A program made the position numbers and the translations under genes. Shown here piece after piece: positions 19,324 to 28,346 of a stretch of 64,000 bases of DNA. Source of the stretch: a virus. Every line of letters starts with the position of its first letter. Within the stretch, counting starts at the first letter, position 1. The stretch is taken from IMG/VR virus record IMGVR_UViG_3300023179_000077, positions 1 through 64,000 of that record; one strand, written 5' to 3'. The notes under the pieces were generated by a model. That model ran no database searches. It saw only the letters and a list, made by a program, of their open reading frames with translations, and was not told the DNA's origin.

Positions 19324-20406
19324 ATGACAAACCAAGATTTGTTCAAAGAAGCAATTGCTGACGCTAAAGCTATTCGTGAAACTGCTTTAGCTAATGCAAA
19401 AGTTGCTCTTGAAGAAGCTCTTGCTCCTAGACTTCAATCTATGCTTGCTGCTAAATTGCAAGAAATGGATAATATGGACGAGGCTGAAGAAGAGAAACTT
19501 GAAGAAAAATCACTCGGTCAAGACACTTATCGTACAGGCGATGTACAACATGTTGGTGCTAGAGAAAGACATGCTGCACTCGAAGAAAACGAAGAAGAAC
19601 TTGAAGAAGATTTTGATTTATCTGAAATTTTAGCTGAACTCGAAGAAGCTAAAGAAGAAGAAGAAAAAGAAAAAATGAAAGAAGCTAAAAAAGAAGAAGA
19701 GGAAGATGAAGAAGAAGGTGAAGAGCCTGCTGAATCTGAACCTGCTGAATCTGAAACAGTGGCTGATCTTTCAGTTGATGAATTAAAAATGATTATCAAA
19801 GACATTATTTCTAGCGAAATGGAAGACGGCGGCATGGAAGACATGGGCGGCGACGAAACAGAAGCTGGAGACGAAATGACGGTTGATGTATCATCTGATG
19901 AAGGTGAAGGAATGGAAGAAGATCTTAATTTAGAAGAATTATTAGCTGAACTTGACGCTTTAGACGAAGACTATTCTGAAGAAGAAACAGAATACGAAGA
20001 AGGTGGAATGTACGAAGCTAAGAAAAAAGCTAAAAAAGAAGATGATAAAATGAAAAAAGAGTTAGATGAAGCTATTGCTACTATCCATACTCTTCGTTCA
20101 GAACTTAACGAAGTTAATCTTCTTAACGCTAAATTACTCTATGTAAATAAGATTTTCAAAGCCAAGAACTTAACTGAATCACAAAAACTTAAAGTAATCG
20201 CTCAATTTGACAAAGCATCTACTGTTAAAGAAGCTAAGATGATTTATGAAACTATGGACGTTGCTATTGCAAAATCTGCTAAGTCTTCAATTAAAGAATC
20301 TATGGGTTTTGCTTCCAAAGCAGCAGGTGTTGCTAAAAAACCAATCGTCGAAGTGGACGAAACAATGTCAAGATGGCAAATGCTTGCTGGCATTAAAAAA
20401 CACTAA
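19324..20406 (+). CDS. Prohead scaffolding/core protein (T4 gp22-like)
   Basis: Very acidic coiled-coil protein between protease and major capsid; ATG at 19324 preferred over TTG at 19228. Confidence 0.85.
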   Translation: MTNQDLFKEAIADAKAIRETALANAKVALEEALAPRLQSMLAAKLQEMDNMDEAEEEKLEEKSLGQDTYRTGDVQHVGARERHAALEENEEELEEDFDLSEILAELEEAKEEEEKEKMKEAKKEEEEDEEEGEEPAESEPAESETVADLSVDELKMIIKDIISSEMEDGGMEDMGGDETEAGDEMTVDVSSDEGEGMEEDLNLEELLAELDALDEDYSEEETEYEEGGMYEAKKKAKKEDDKMKKELDEAIATIHTLRSELNEVNLLNAKLLYVNKIFKAKNLTESQKLKVIAQFDKASTVKEAKMIYETMDVAIAKSAKSSIKESMGFASKAAGVAKKPIVEVDETMSRWQMLAGIKKH

Positions 20407-20436
20407 AAATTAATTTAACAAAAAACTCTTTAAAAA

Positions 20437-22083
20437 ATGAACGTACAACAATTACTCGAGTCATCTAACCAGTATAAAGTTATAATGGAAGATGCACAAC
20501 GTTTGTCTGGTAAGTGGGCTAAATCCGGTCTTTTAGAAGGCATTAGCAACACTCAAGACAAAAACACAATGGCTATTCTCCTTGAGAACCAAGCCAAGCA
20601 ATTAATCACTGAAGCTTCTGCTACAGGTGGTACTACCTCAATGTCTGGTGCTGGATATAATGCAGAAAACTGGGCTGGTGTAGCTTTGCCATTAGTTCGC
20701 CGCGTATTCGGTGAAATCGCTGCTAAAGAATTCGTTAGCGTACAACCAATGAACTTACCTTCAGGTCTCGTATTCTATCTTGATTTCAAATACGGTACTG
20801 GTGTTAAGCCATTTACCAGCGGTGGTTCACTTTATGGTGCTAACGCTACTACAAACGTAACCGATATTGCTTCTCAATCACTTTATGGTGCTGGTAAGTT
20901 TGGTTACTCAATCAACCAATTCTCAGCTTCTATTGTTGCTGTAACCGGTTCAACCACATGGGCTGACTTTAACTTAGATTCTACCTATTCAGCTTCTGCT
21001 GCTACTGGTTGGAAAAAGATTTCAGTTCCTCTCCCAGCTGCTGCTGATACAAATGCTGTTAGATCATTTGTATTTACTTCTGGTTCTTCCGGAACATTCA
21101 TCAGCGCTAATGACATTTTACAGCAATTTACAACTGTAGCTAATAGCACAGCTTCATTCATTGTAACTGGTTCATTAGTATCTGTTTCTAGCTCAACTCC
21201 AACAGTAACCTTGTTCTTCTCTGTAGCTCCTACTCCAGCAGCTCGTGGTGATTTCGAAGATCAAACAACAGGTGGCGGTGCTGGTAACGGCGGTAATGGT
21301 GGTTATCCTGGTGCTAACACTACTTCTGCTGCAATTGCTATCCCAGAAATCAACGTTCAGTTGAAATCAGAAGCTATTGTTGCTAAAACTCGTAGGTTAA
21401 AAGCACAATGGACACCAGAATTCGCTCAGGATCTTAATGCTTATCATAGTGTTGATGCTGAAGCTGAATTAACTGGTATCTTATCACAGTATATTTCAAT
21501 GGAAATCGACCTCGAAATCCTTGATATGTTAATTCAAAACGCTTTCACTACTGAATACTGGTCAGCAGTTAACAACCAAGGCGTAGGTGCTTCTGGTGTT
21601 ACTAATGGTAACCTCGGTTACTACAACACCCAAGGTGGTTGGTTCCAAACCCTCGGCACTAAGCTCCAGAAAGTTTCTAACATAATCCATCAGTTAACTC
21701 TCCGCGGTGGCGCTAACTTCCTCGTAACTTCACCAACCGTAGCTACAATCCTCGAATCAATTCCTGGATTTGCTTCTGACGGTGATGGTGAAAAAATGGA
21801 ATTCAACTTCGGTATTCAGAAAGTTGGTTCACTTAACAGCCGTTACAAGGTTTACAAGAACCCATACATGACTGAGAACGTAATCCTCATGGGTTACAAA
21901 GGTGCTCAGTTCCTTGAGTGCGGTGCTGTATTTGCTCCATATGTGCCTTTAATCATGACTCCACTTCTCTACGATCCTAACACCTTCACTCCACGTAAAG
22001 GTTTGATGACTCGTTACGCTAAGAAGATGATTAGACCGGACTATTATGGTCGTGTATATGTTGCTGGTTTAAATACTCTTTAA
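20437..22083 (+). CDS. Major capsid protein (T4 gp23-like)
   Basis: LLENQ, PLVRR, VQPMNLPSGLVF, AKTRRLKAQWT.E.AQDL.A.H..DAEAEL, APYVPL, TPRKGLMTRY. Confidence 0.96.
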   Translation: MNVQQLLESSNQYKVIMEDAQRLSGKWAKSGLLEGISNTQDKNTMAILLENQAKQLITEASATGGTTSMSGAGYNAENWAGVALPLVRRVFGEIAAKEFVSVQPMNLPSGLVFYLDFKYGTGVKPFTSGGSLYGANATTNVTDIASQSLYGAGKFGYSINQFSASIVAVTGSTTWADFNLDSTYSASAATGWKKISVPLPAAADTNAVRSFVFTSGSSGTFISANDILQQFTTVANSTASFIVTGSLVSVSSSTPTVTLFFSVAPTPAARGDFEDQTTGGGAGNGGNGGYPGANTTSAAIAIPEINVQLKSEAIVAKTRRLKAQWTPEFAQDLNAYHSVDAEAELTGILSQYISMEIDLEILDMLIQNAFTTEYWSAVNNQGVGASGVTNGNLGYYNTQGGWFQTLGTKLQKVSNIIHQLTLRGGANFLVTSPTVATILESIPGFASDGDGEKMEFNFGIQKVGSLNSRYKVYKNPYMTENVILMGYKGAQFLECGAVFAPYVPLIMTPLLYDPNTFTPRKGLMTRYAKKMIRPDYYGRVYVAGLNTL

Positions 22084-22122
22084 TCTAGTATAACATAATA
22101 GCCCTGTAAGGCTTAAAAAAAC

Positions 22123-22153
22123 AAAAGGCTCGAGGTAATACTCGGGCCTTTTT
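22123..22153 (+). terminator. Terminator after major capsid gene
   Basis: AAAAGGCTCGAG / CTCGGGCCTTTT stem. Confidence 0.8.
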
Positions 22154-22169
22154 GTATATTTATACACGT

Positions 22170-22718
22170 ATGAAAACATGTAAAAAATGTGGTATTGAAA
22201 AACCACTAAATGAATATTGTAAACGTAAAGAAGAAAAAGATGGATTACATCGTTATTGTAAACCATGTATGAGACAACGTCTTAAAAATGAGTACAATAG
22301 GGATAAAGAAAAACATCTTAAACGTACTCGAAAATATCAAGAGGAAAATAGGGAATATTTTAGAAATAAATCTAATAATCACTACCACACCAAAAAAGAC
22401 TACTATCGCGAATGGAATCGAACTAAATATTCTACTGATTTACTATTTCGTCTCCGCCATACTCTCAATTCTATCATAAACCATCACCTTAAAGAAGGTA
22501 AATCACAAAGCAGCATTGACTATCTAGGCTGCACAATACAAGAATACAAAGAGTATCTTGAACCACTATTCACACCAGAAATGAATTGGGAAAATTATGG
22601 AACTTATTGGGAAATAGACCACATTCATCCATTAGCTAAAGGTGGATCATTTCATTATACCAACACTCAGCCACTTACTGTAGTTGAAAATAGAATAAAA
22701 TCAGACATAATATTATGA
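22170..22718 (+). CDS. HNH homing endonuclease with CxxC zinc finger (paralogue of 12901)
   Basis: MKTCKKC..CKPC, MNWENYG.YWEIDHIHP, FHYTNTQPL...N; start moved to ATG 22170. Confidence 0.82.
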   Translation: MKTCKKCGIEKPLNEYCKRKEEKDGLHRYCKPCMRQRLKNEYNRDKEKHLKRTRKYQEENREYFRNKSNNHYHTKKDYYREWNRTKYSTDLLFRLRHTLNSIINHHLKEGKSQSSIDYLGCTIQEYKEYLEPLFTPEMNWENYGTYWEIDHIHPLAKGGSFHYTNTQPLTVVENRIKSDIIL

Positions 22719-23188
22719 AACTTAAAAATATTATACAACAATTAATTCAAGAAAATAAAGATTTTCCATGGGTAGAACAACGAGAATATGAATTATTAAT
22801 TGAATTTAATTATAATTTAGACGATACATATTTTATAACAAATGAATTACCTTTCAATATTGAATTTAAAGATGATCAAAATAGATTAAACATTACTAAA
22901 GGTAAATTAAATAAAGATTTTATTGAAATAAAATTATATTGGGTTGATGATAAAGGAAAAGTTAGAATGGATACTCCTGAAGGTATACTGCCTAAAACAA
23001 TGAATACTCATTTAAATAATATTATAAATAAATTTTTACCTAATTATGATAAGTTTTTAATTAGACCTAATGATGATATAAGGTATAGATTATTCCAATT
23101 ATTGTTAAACAAATATATAGATAAAAATCAATGGAATATTACATTTAATTCTAATGATAGATCTATATTTTTAATTAAAAAAAATTAA
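22715..23188 (+). CDS. Hypothetical protein with MKLKNIIQQLIQE leader
   Basis: Overlap-coupled ORF. Confidence 0.65.
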   Translation: MKLKNIIQQLIQENKDFPWVEQREYELLIEFNYNLDDTYFITNELPFNIEFKDDQNRLNITKGKLNKDFIEIKLYWVDDKGKVRMDTPEGILPKTMNTHLNNIINKFLPNYDKFLIRPNDDIRYRLFQLLLNKYIDKNQWNITFNSNDRSIFLIKKN

Positions 23189-23207
23189 TCCCGTAAGGCT
23201 AAAAAAT

Positions 23208-23240
23208 AAGAGATCCGAGCTTAGCTCGGGTCTTCTTTTT
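23208..23240 (+). terminator. Terminator (diverged copy of the 22123 unit)
   Basis: GATCCGAGC / GCTCGGGTC stem plus T-run. Confidence 0.75.
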
Positions 23241-23263
23241 ATATTTATAATAAATAATGTTAT

Positions 23264-23932
23264 ATGCGTGAATCTAATCGTGAAAGAAAAAATGATATTA
23301 AATCCATTAGTGCGGTACAGTTAAATGAAGAACAAAAAGAAGCAAAACGATTAATAGTAGAAAATCAAATAGTAATTATAACAGGTAGAGCAGGCTCGGG
23401 TAAATCATTAGTATGTGCTCAAGCCGCATTAGATTTTCTTAAGAAAAAACAAATCAATTGTATTTACAATACGCGTGCTGCAATTGAAGTAGGAAAAAGT
23501 TTAGGATTTTTACCTGGAGATATTAATGGTAAGTTTGATCCATATATGGAAGCACTTGTTGAAAATCTTAATAAATGCTGTTCCAATAAAAACGAAGTAC
23601 CTAATCTTGTGTCTGAAGAAAAAATAAAAGCATTACCAGTACAATTTATACGTGGTAAAACAATCGATGATATATTGATTGTAGAAGAGGCACAAAACTT
23701 AACTAAAGGTGAAATGCTAGCTATATTAACACGTTTAGGTAAAACAGGTAAAATAGTAATTAACGGTGACAATGAACAAACCGATATAAAAACGCATACA
23801 GGCGAAATAAACGGATTAAGTTACGTAATCGAACTATCTAAAAAAATAGAAGAAATTAAGTGGATTAAATTGAAAGAAAATCATCGTTCTGATCTAGTTG
23901 GGAAAATACTTGAATACGAATATGGGAAATAG
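23264..23932 (+). CDS. phoH: PhoH-like ATPase
   Basis: GRAGSGKS, LGFLPGD, FIRGKT, EEAQN, TRLG..GD..Q.D, HRSDLV. Confidence 0.93.
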   Translation: MRESNRERKNDIKSISAVQLNEEQKEAKRLIVENQIVIITGRAGSGKSLVCAQAALDFLKKKQINCIYNTRAAIEVGKSLGFLPGDINGKFDPYMEALVENLNKCCSNKNEVPNLVSEEKIKALPVQFIRGKTIDDILIVEEAQNLTKGEMLAILTRLGKTGKIVINGDNEQTDIKTHTGEINGLSYVIELSKKIEEIKWIKLKENHRSDLVGKILEYEYGK

Positions 23933-23965
23933 CTATATTTATACGTGTTAAATACTACTTAAATA

Positions 23966-25537
23966 ATGGCTATAAATCTTAAAGACTTATATGATAAATA
24001 CTATGGGGATACTTCATACTTAACACCAGTTAAATGTAATACTCCATTTGAATATTATGATAACGATCCTGAATTTGTAAGAGATGCTAAAAGTGTTGCA
24101 CGATTTGTAGCTCAACGCTTAGGTACTGGTTTAGGTCTTACTCAACTCAACATTAGTGATTTAACCGTGTATGCTGCTTTTGAAGAAGCAGTTACTACAT
24201 ACGGTAATATGGTCTATCAATATAAAATTAGAGACCAATACTTAAGTATGGAAGGAGCAGAATCGTCTCCTTTTAATAACGCTACTGTTACTTATGTAAA
24301 TAGTATAGATGTAAGTTCACCTGTTACTTGGTCTGGTGCTAGATTAGCTACTTTAACTGATATAGATAATAATCCAACTTACACTCAAGCAGTAAATGAT
24401 GGAAGCATATATGTTATATCTGCTTCATTATCTAATTTTATATTACCTAATTTAGATTATGTTAAATCATTCACTTTAGCTACAGAATATGTAAGTGGAT
24501 CTATTACTTATGATTTAAGTCAATACGTTTATAATAAATTAAATAAAGTAAGTGGTAGTTATCTTTATTTCTTTACTACTAGTCCTCAAATATCAAGTGG
24601 ATCTGCTTTATTTGGAACCGGATCTATACCTACAGTTTATATTCAAGATGTATTAGATCCTGAATTTAATAATAAATTAATTAGTGATACTTTAGCTACT
24701 TTAACTACTACTATAGCTGAAAACTATGCTAGTGAAGCAGGTATAGGTGGAAACTATACAGTATATAGTGGTACTCTTCCAATGACAGCGGGCGTTCAAG
24801 ATTATGATTTAAATACTTGGGCTGCTAACTCAGCATCATTAAATCCAGGTGACAGAATAGAAATTAGAAGAGTATTCTATGAAGAACCCCCTGCTATTGT
24901 TCGTTACTTTGATCCATATGCCGGTACAGGTACTGGTATCCAATCATTACTTGAAACATTTGGATTTGGTCAGTTTTCTCCGGGTATTAACTTCTTATTA
25001 ATGCCTATCTACTTTGATATACAAAAAATACAAGCGATTGAATTTAACGATCAAATAAGAAAAGCAGCTTATTCATTTAATTTAGTAAATAATAAATTAA
25101 AAATATTTCCTATACCTACTGAAAATAAAAATTTATTTTTTGAGTATGTAAAAGTAAGTGAAAAGTTCAATCCTATCAAAGACAACAGAAATAATGTTGT
25201 TACTGATGTAATGAATGTTCCTTATAGAAATCCAATATATTCTAGAATAAACACTGTAGGTAGAACTTGGATATTTAAATATGCCTTAGCATTATGCCGT
25301 GAAATTGAAGCACATATTCGCTTAGAATATTCTACAGTTAACGTTCAAGGTGTAGGAGCATTACAAGGATCCGATTTAATTCAAGATGCTAGAACAGAAA
25401 AAGAACAATTGTTGACTGAATTAAAAGAAATGTTAAATGAAGTATCGCGTAAAGCACAATTAGAGCGTCAACAACAAGAAGCCCAATTTGCTCGTGATAC
25501 TTTAACTCAAATACCATTACCAATTTATATATTCTAA
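23966..25537 (+). CDS. Neck / head-tail adaptor protein (T4 gp13-like)
   Basis: Position; QRLG near the N-terminus, WIFKYALAL and L.G.DL..DA..EKEQL C-terminal pattern; Ser/Thr-rich insertion. Confidence 0.6.
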   Translation: MAINLKDLYDKYYGDTSYLTPVKCNTPFEYYDNDPEFVRDAKSVARFVAQRLGTGLGLTQLNISDLTVYAAFEEAVTTYGNMVYQYKIRDQYLSMEGAESSPFNNATVTYVNSIDVSSPVTWSGARLATLTDIDNNPTYTQAVNDGSIYVISASLSNFILPNLDYVKSFTLATEYVSGSITYDLSQYVYNKLNKVSGSYLYFFTTSPQISSGSALFGTGSIPTVYIQDVLDPEFNNKLISDTLATLTTTIAENYASEAGIGGNYTVYSGTLPMTAGVQDYDLNTWAANSASLNPGDRIEIRRVFYEEPPAIVRYFDPYAGTGTGIQSLLETFGFGQFSPGINFLLMPIYFDIQKIQAIEFNDQIRKAAYSFNLVNNKLKIFPIPTENKNLFFEYVKVSEKFNPIKDNRNNVVTDVMNVPYRNPIYSRINTVGRTWIFKYALALCREIEAHIRLEYSTVNVQGVGALQGSDLIQDARTEKEQLLTELKEMLNEVSRKAQLERQQQEAQFARDTLTQIPLPIYIF

Positions 25538-26130
25538 TGCCCAGAGGAATAGTAAAATATGTACCTGTAGATAATTGTCCTGATCCAAATTATCCCGCTG
25601 CAGCGCCTTCAGCACCTGTAACAAAAGCAGGTACACCTACTGCTCCTGAATTACCTCCAACTGGTGCTGATTTTATAAATACATTTATAGATCAAGCAGC
25701 TAAATCATCTATTCGTTTTAGTAATATGACTGTAGGTTATTTTAAATTAGATTTAACCAATACTAAATCAAATATGTATGGTGAATCAATAGAAAAATGG
25801 TATTATCCACCAGTGGAAGTAAGATGTTTAATTGAAAGAGGTGATTTTGCTTATACCGATACTGAATATGGACCTGATATTAATCAAACATTAACATTAA
25901 CAATACCAAAAATAACTTTAGTTGAGCTTGACTTTTTACCTGAAGTAGGAGATATAGTTACTGATCAAGAAAGATATTATGAAGTACATGATTCAAACAG
26001 ATCATTCATAACTATACCAGGTACAGGTAGATCTGAATCAACTGTTGGCACTCCGGGTCAAATAGTAGTATATAAAGTAACAGCTCACTTAACAAGAACA
26101 ACAAAACTTAACCTAATACAGTATAGCTAA
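25537..26130 (+). CDS. Neck / head-closure protein (T4 gp14-like)
   Basis: NMYGES, PEVGDIV..YYEV; follows the gp13-like gene. Confidence 0.55.
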   Translation: MPRGIVKYVPVDNCPDPNYPAAAPSAPVTKAGTPTAPELPPTGADFINTFIDQAAKSSIRFSNMTVGYFKLDLTNTKSNMYGESIEKWYYPPVEVRCLIERGDFAYTDTEYGPDINQTLTLTIPKITLVELDFLPEVGDIVTDQERYYEVHDSNRSFITIPGTGRSESTVGTPGQIVVYKVTAHLTRTTKLNLIQYS

Positions 26131-26471
26131 TGGGACTTTTAGAAAAAATATTATTAAATGAAGGTATTACTATTTTTAGATGTGATATTCTAATTAAAAC
26201 AGAAGCTGAGCAAAATAAAGTAGAAATATACAATGAAATTAGAGCATTAGAAGGTGTAGTTGTTGTAACTGTAGTACAAAGTGATTTCTTAAATAGAAAA
26301 AGAACACCACGATATGAATATTCTTTAATTAAAATAAAATATATTGGAAGAGGTGATGCTAAAACATCAATCAAACAAATTGGTATAAATGCAGTAACTA
26401 AAAATAAAGTTCCTGGTTTATTACAGTTTATTCCAAGATACGATACAATTACTAAAGTAGGATCATACTAA
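26130..26471 (+). CDS. Hypothetical protein (MGLLEKILLNE leader)
   Basis: Coupled ORF. Confidence 0.65.
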   Translation: MGLLEKILLNEGITIFRCDILIKTEAEQNKVEIYNEIRALEGVVVVTVVQSDFLNRKRTPRYEYSLIKIKYIGRGDAKTSIKQIGINAVTKNKVPGLLQFIPRYDTITKVGSY

Positions 26472-26481
26472 AACATATAAA

Positions 26482-26835
26482 ATGAAATTATTAGATATAT
26501 TAAGAGAAGCAAATGAAAATATTACTGATATCATTGCTAATCTAACGCCAGAGCAACGTAAAGAATTATTTCAAAGAGGATCACTATTAATTCCTCAATC
26601 TCAAGATCCATCTCGTCCATCAACTATATCTTCAAAAGTAGTTCGTTTACCTAAAGCAGAAGAAATACAAAGAAAATTAATTAATGATAAAAAAGAATTT
26701 GAAGCATATCAATACCATCCTGATGAAGATATTAAAAAAATAGCTAAAGAAATAAATAAACTATATAATCAATTATATGGTACTATAAAAGCTCTAGATA
26801 AAACATTAGAATTAAAAAAACTAGGTAAATTATAA
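26482..26835 (+). CDS. Hypothetical protein (MKLLDILRE leader)
   Basis: Coupled ORF. Confidence 0.65.
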   Translation: MKLLDILREANENITDIIANLTPEQRKELFQRGSLLIPQSQDPSRPSTISSKVVRLPKAEEIQRKLINDKKEFEAYQYHPDEDIKKIAKEINKLYNQLYGTIKALDKTLELKKLGKL

Positions 26836-28082
26836 TGCAACAATTCCGTAAACCAACACCAAAAAATCAAGCAGAAATAGTACAAGATACTATTAATCCT
26901 TACTATCAGGGTAAACCAGTTAGTCAAAATGTATTTACTCATCGTGATAATAGAGCATTAAATACTACTCGTAAAACGGATAATGTAAAGGATATTACTG
27001 TTGGTTTAGAAGATATTGATTATGCTATTAAATATTATTTTGAAACTGCTATTTTACCTACTGTAGTACAAGATGGTAATGTAATTAATGTTCCTGTGAT
27101 GTATGGTTCTCCTGAGCGTTGGAAATCAGTACAACAAGATGGTTATTATAGAGATACTAATGGTAAATTAGTAATTCCTCTTATAATGTTTAAACGTAAT
27201 GGGATTGAAAAAAATAGAAATTTAGGTAATAAAATAGATGGTAACTTAGCATCTTTATTTCAAGTATTTGAAAGTAGATATAATCAAAGAAACCAATATG
27301 ATAAGTTTTCTATATTAACAAATAGAATACCATCAAAACAATATTATGTTTCTGTAGTACCTGATTATGTTACTATAACATATGAGTGTGTTATATTTAC
27401 AAATTTTGTAGAACAAAATAATAATATAATTGAAGCAATTGAATTTGCAGCTGATTCATATTGGGGAGATAAAAATAGATGGCAATTTAGAACTATGATT
27501 GATAATTTTGCTACAACAAATATTATTAACACTGGTGAAGATAGAGTAGCAACTACTAATATTACTTTAAAAGTAAATGGATACTTAATTGCTAATAGCA
27601 TTAATCAACACCTATCAGATACTAATATGCATTATTCTCCATCTAGAATAACATTTACATTTGAAACATCAGAAACTGCTGAAACATTTTCACCCACTGG
27701 TAAAGCTACTCCTGTACCTAAAACAGCAATGGGAGCTATATCCGCTGTTGATTCTTATAATGTGAACGTAACAAATGCAACTGTAGCTTTAAATACTGAT
27801 TTAGCTTCATACTTAGGAACAAGCATAACAAAATACGCTGTTACTATTACATCAAATACAGCTGTATTTAATGGATCTTTCTTAACAGCACCATCACCAT
27901 TACCCGCAACGTCAGCTGCTAACTTTAATTTCTTTGTTAATGGCCAGTATGTAGATGCAAATGCTATAACATCATTTGTTGATAATGGAAACGGAACTTG
28001 TACTTTAACTGTAAATACTACTAACTTAGAATATTCACTTGAATCAACAGATCAAATAATAGCCGTAGGTAAATTCGCTTAA
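26835..28082 (+). CDS. Tail terminator / sheath stabiliser (T4 gp15-like) with C-terminal beta-rich extension
   Basis: VPVMYGSPERW, PLIMFKR, PDYVTITYE, EQNN.IIE. Confidence 0.6.
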   Translation: MQQFRKPTPKNQAEIVQDTINPYYQGKPVSQNVFTHRDNRALNTTRKTDNVKDITVGLEDIDYAIKYYFETAILPTVVQDGNVINVPVMYGSPERWKSVQQDGYYRDTNGKLVIPLIMFKRNGIEKNRNLGNKIDGNLASLFQVFESRYNQRNQYDKFSILTNRIPSKQYYVSVVPDYVTITYECVIFTNFVEQNNNIIEAIEFAADSYWGDKNRWQFRTMIDNFATTNIINTGEDRVATTNITLKVNGYLIANSINQHLSDTNMHYSPSRITFTFETSETAETFSPTGKATPVPKTAMGAISAVDSYNVNVTNATVALNTDLASYLGTSITKYAVTITSNTAVFNGSFLTAPSPLPATSAANFNFFVNGQYVDANAITSFVDNGNGTCTLTVNTTNLEYSLESTDQIIAVGKFA

Positions 28083-28083
28083 A

Positions 28084-28308
28084 ATGGCACGATTAAAATT
28101 AAAACAAGTATTATCTAATTTATCATATAATGCTACTACTAATCAATTAACTCTTAGTGGTAGTTCAGACCCATCATTTATAATCTCAGGCTCAGTTTAT
28201 GTAGCATCAACACCAACAATAACAGGTTCTGTTACAATTCAAAACGTAGATACATTCGGTGATAGTGGCAGCTTCTATACGTTAGACCTAGGAAATAATT
28301 CATTTTAA
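28084..28308 (+). CDS. Small virion protein
   Basis: Four (S/T)GS motifs in 74 aa; structural context. Confidence 0.6.
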   Translation: MARLKLKQVLSNLSYNATTNQLTLSGSSDPSFIISGSVYVASTPTITGSVTIQNVDTFGDSGSFYTLDLGNNSF

Positions 28309-28346
28309 TATTTATATTCAACACTGTTGACGTTGTAATATAAAAT

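Noticed and set aside
11291-22718. Group I introns or inteins associated with the endonucleases
   Set aside because: Terminase, portal and capsid ORFs are uninterrupted; the endonucleases are free-standing between genes
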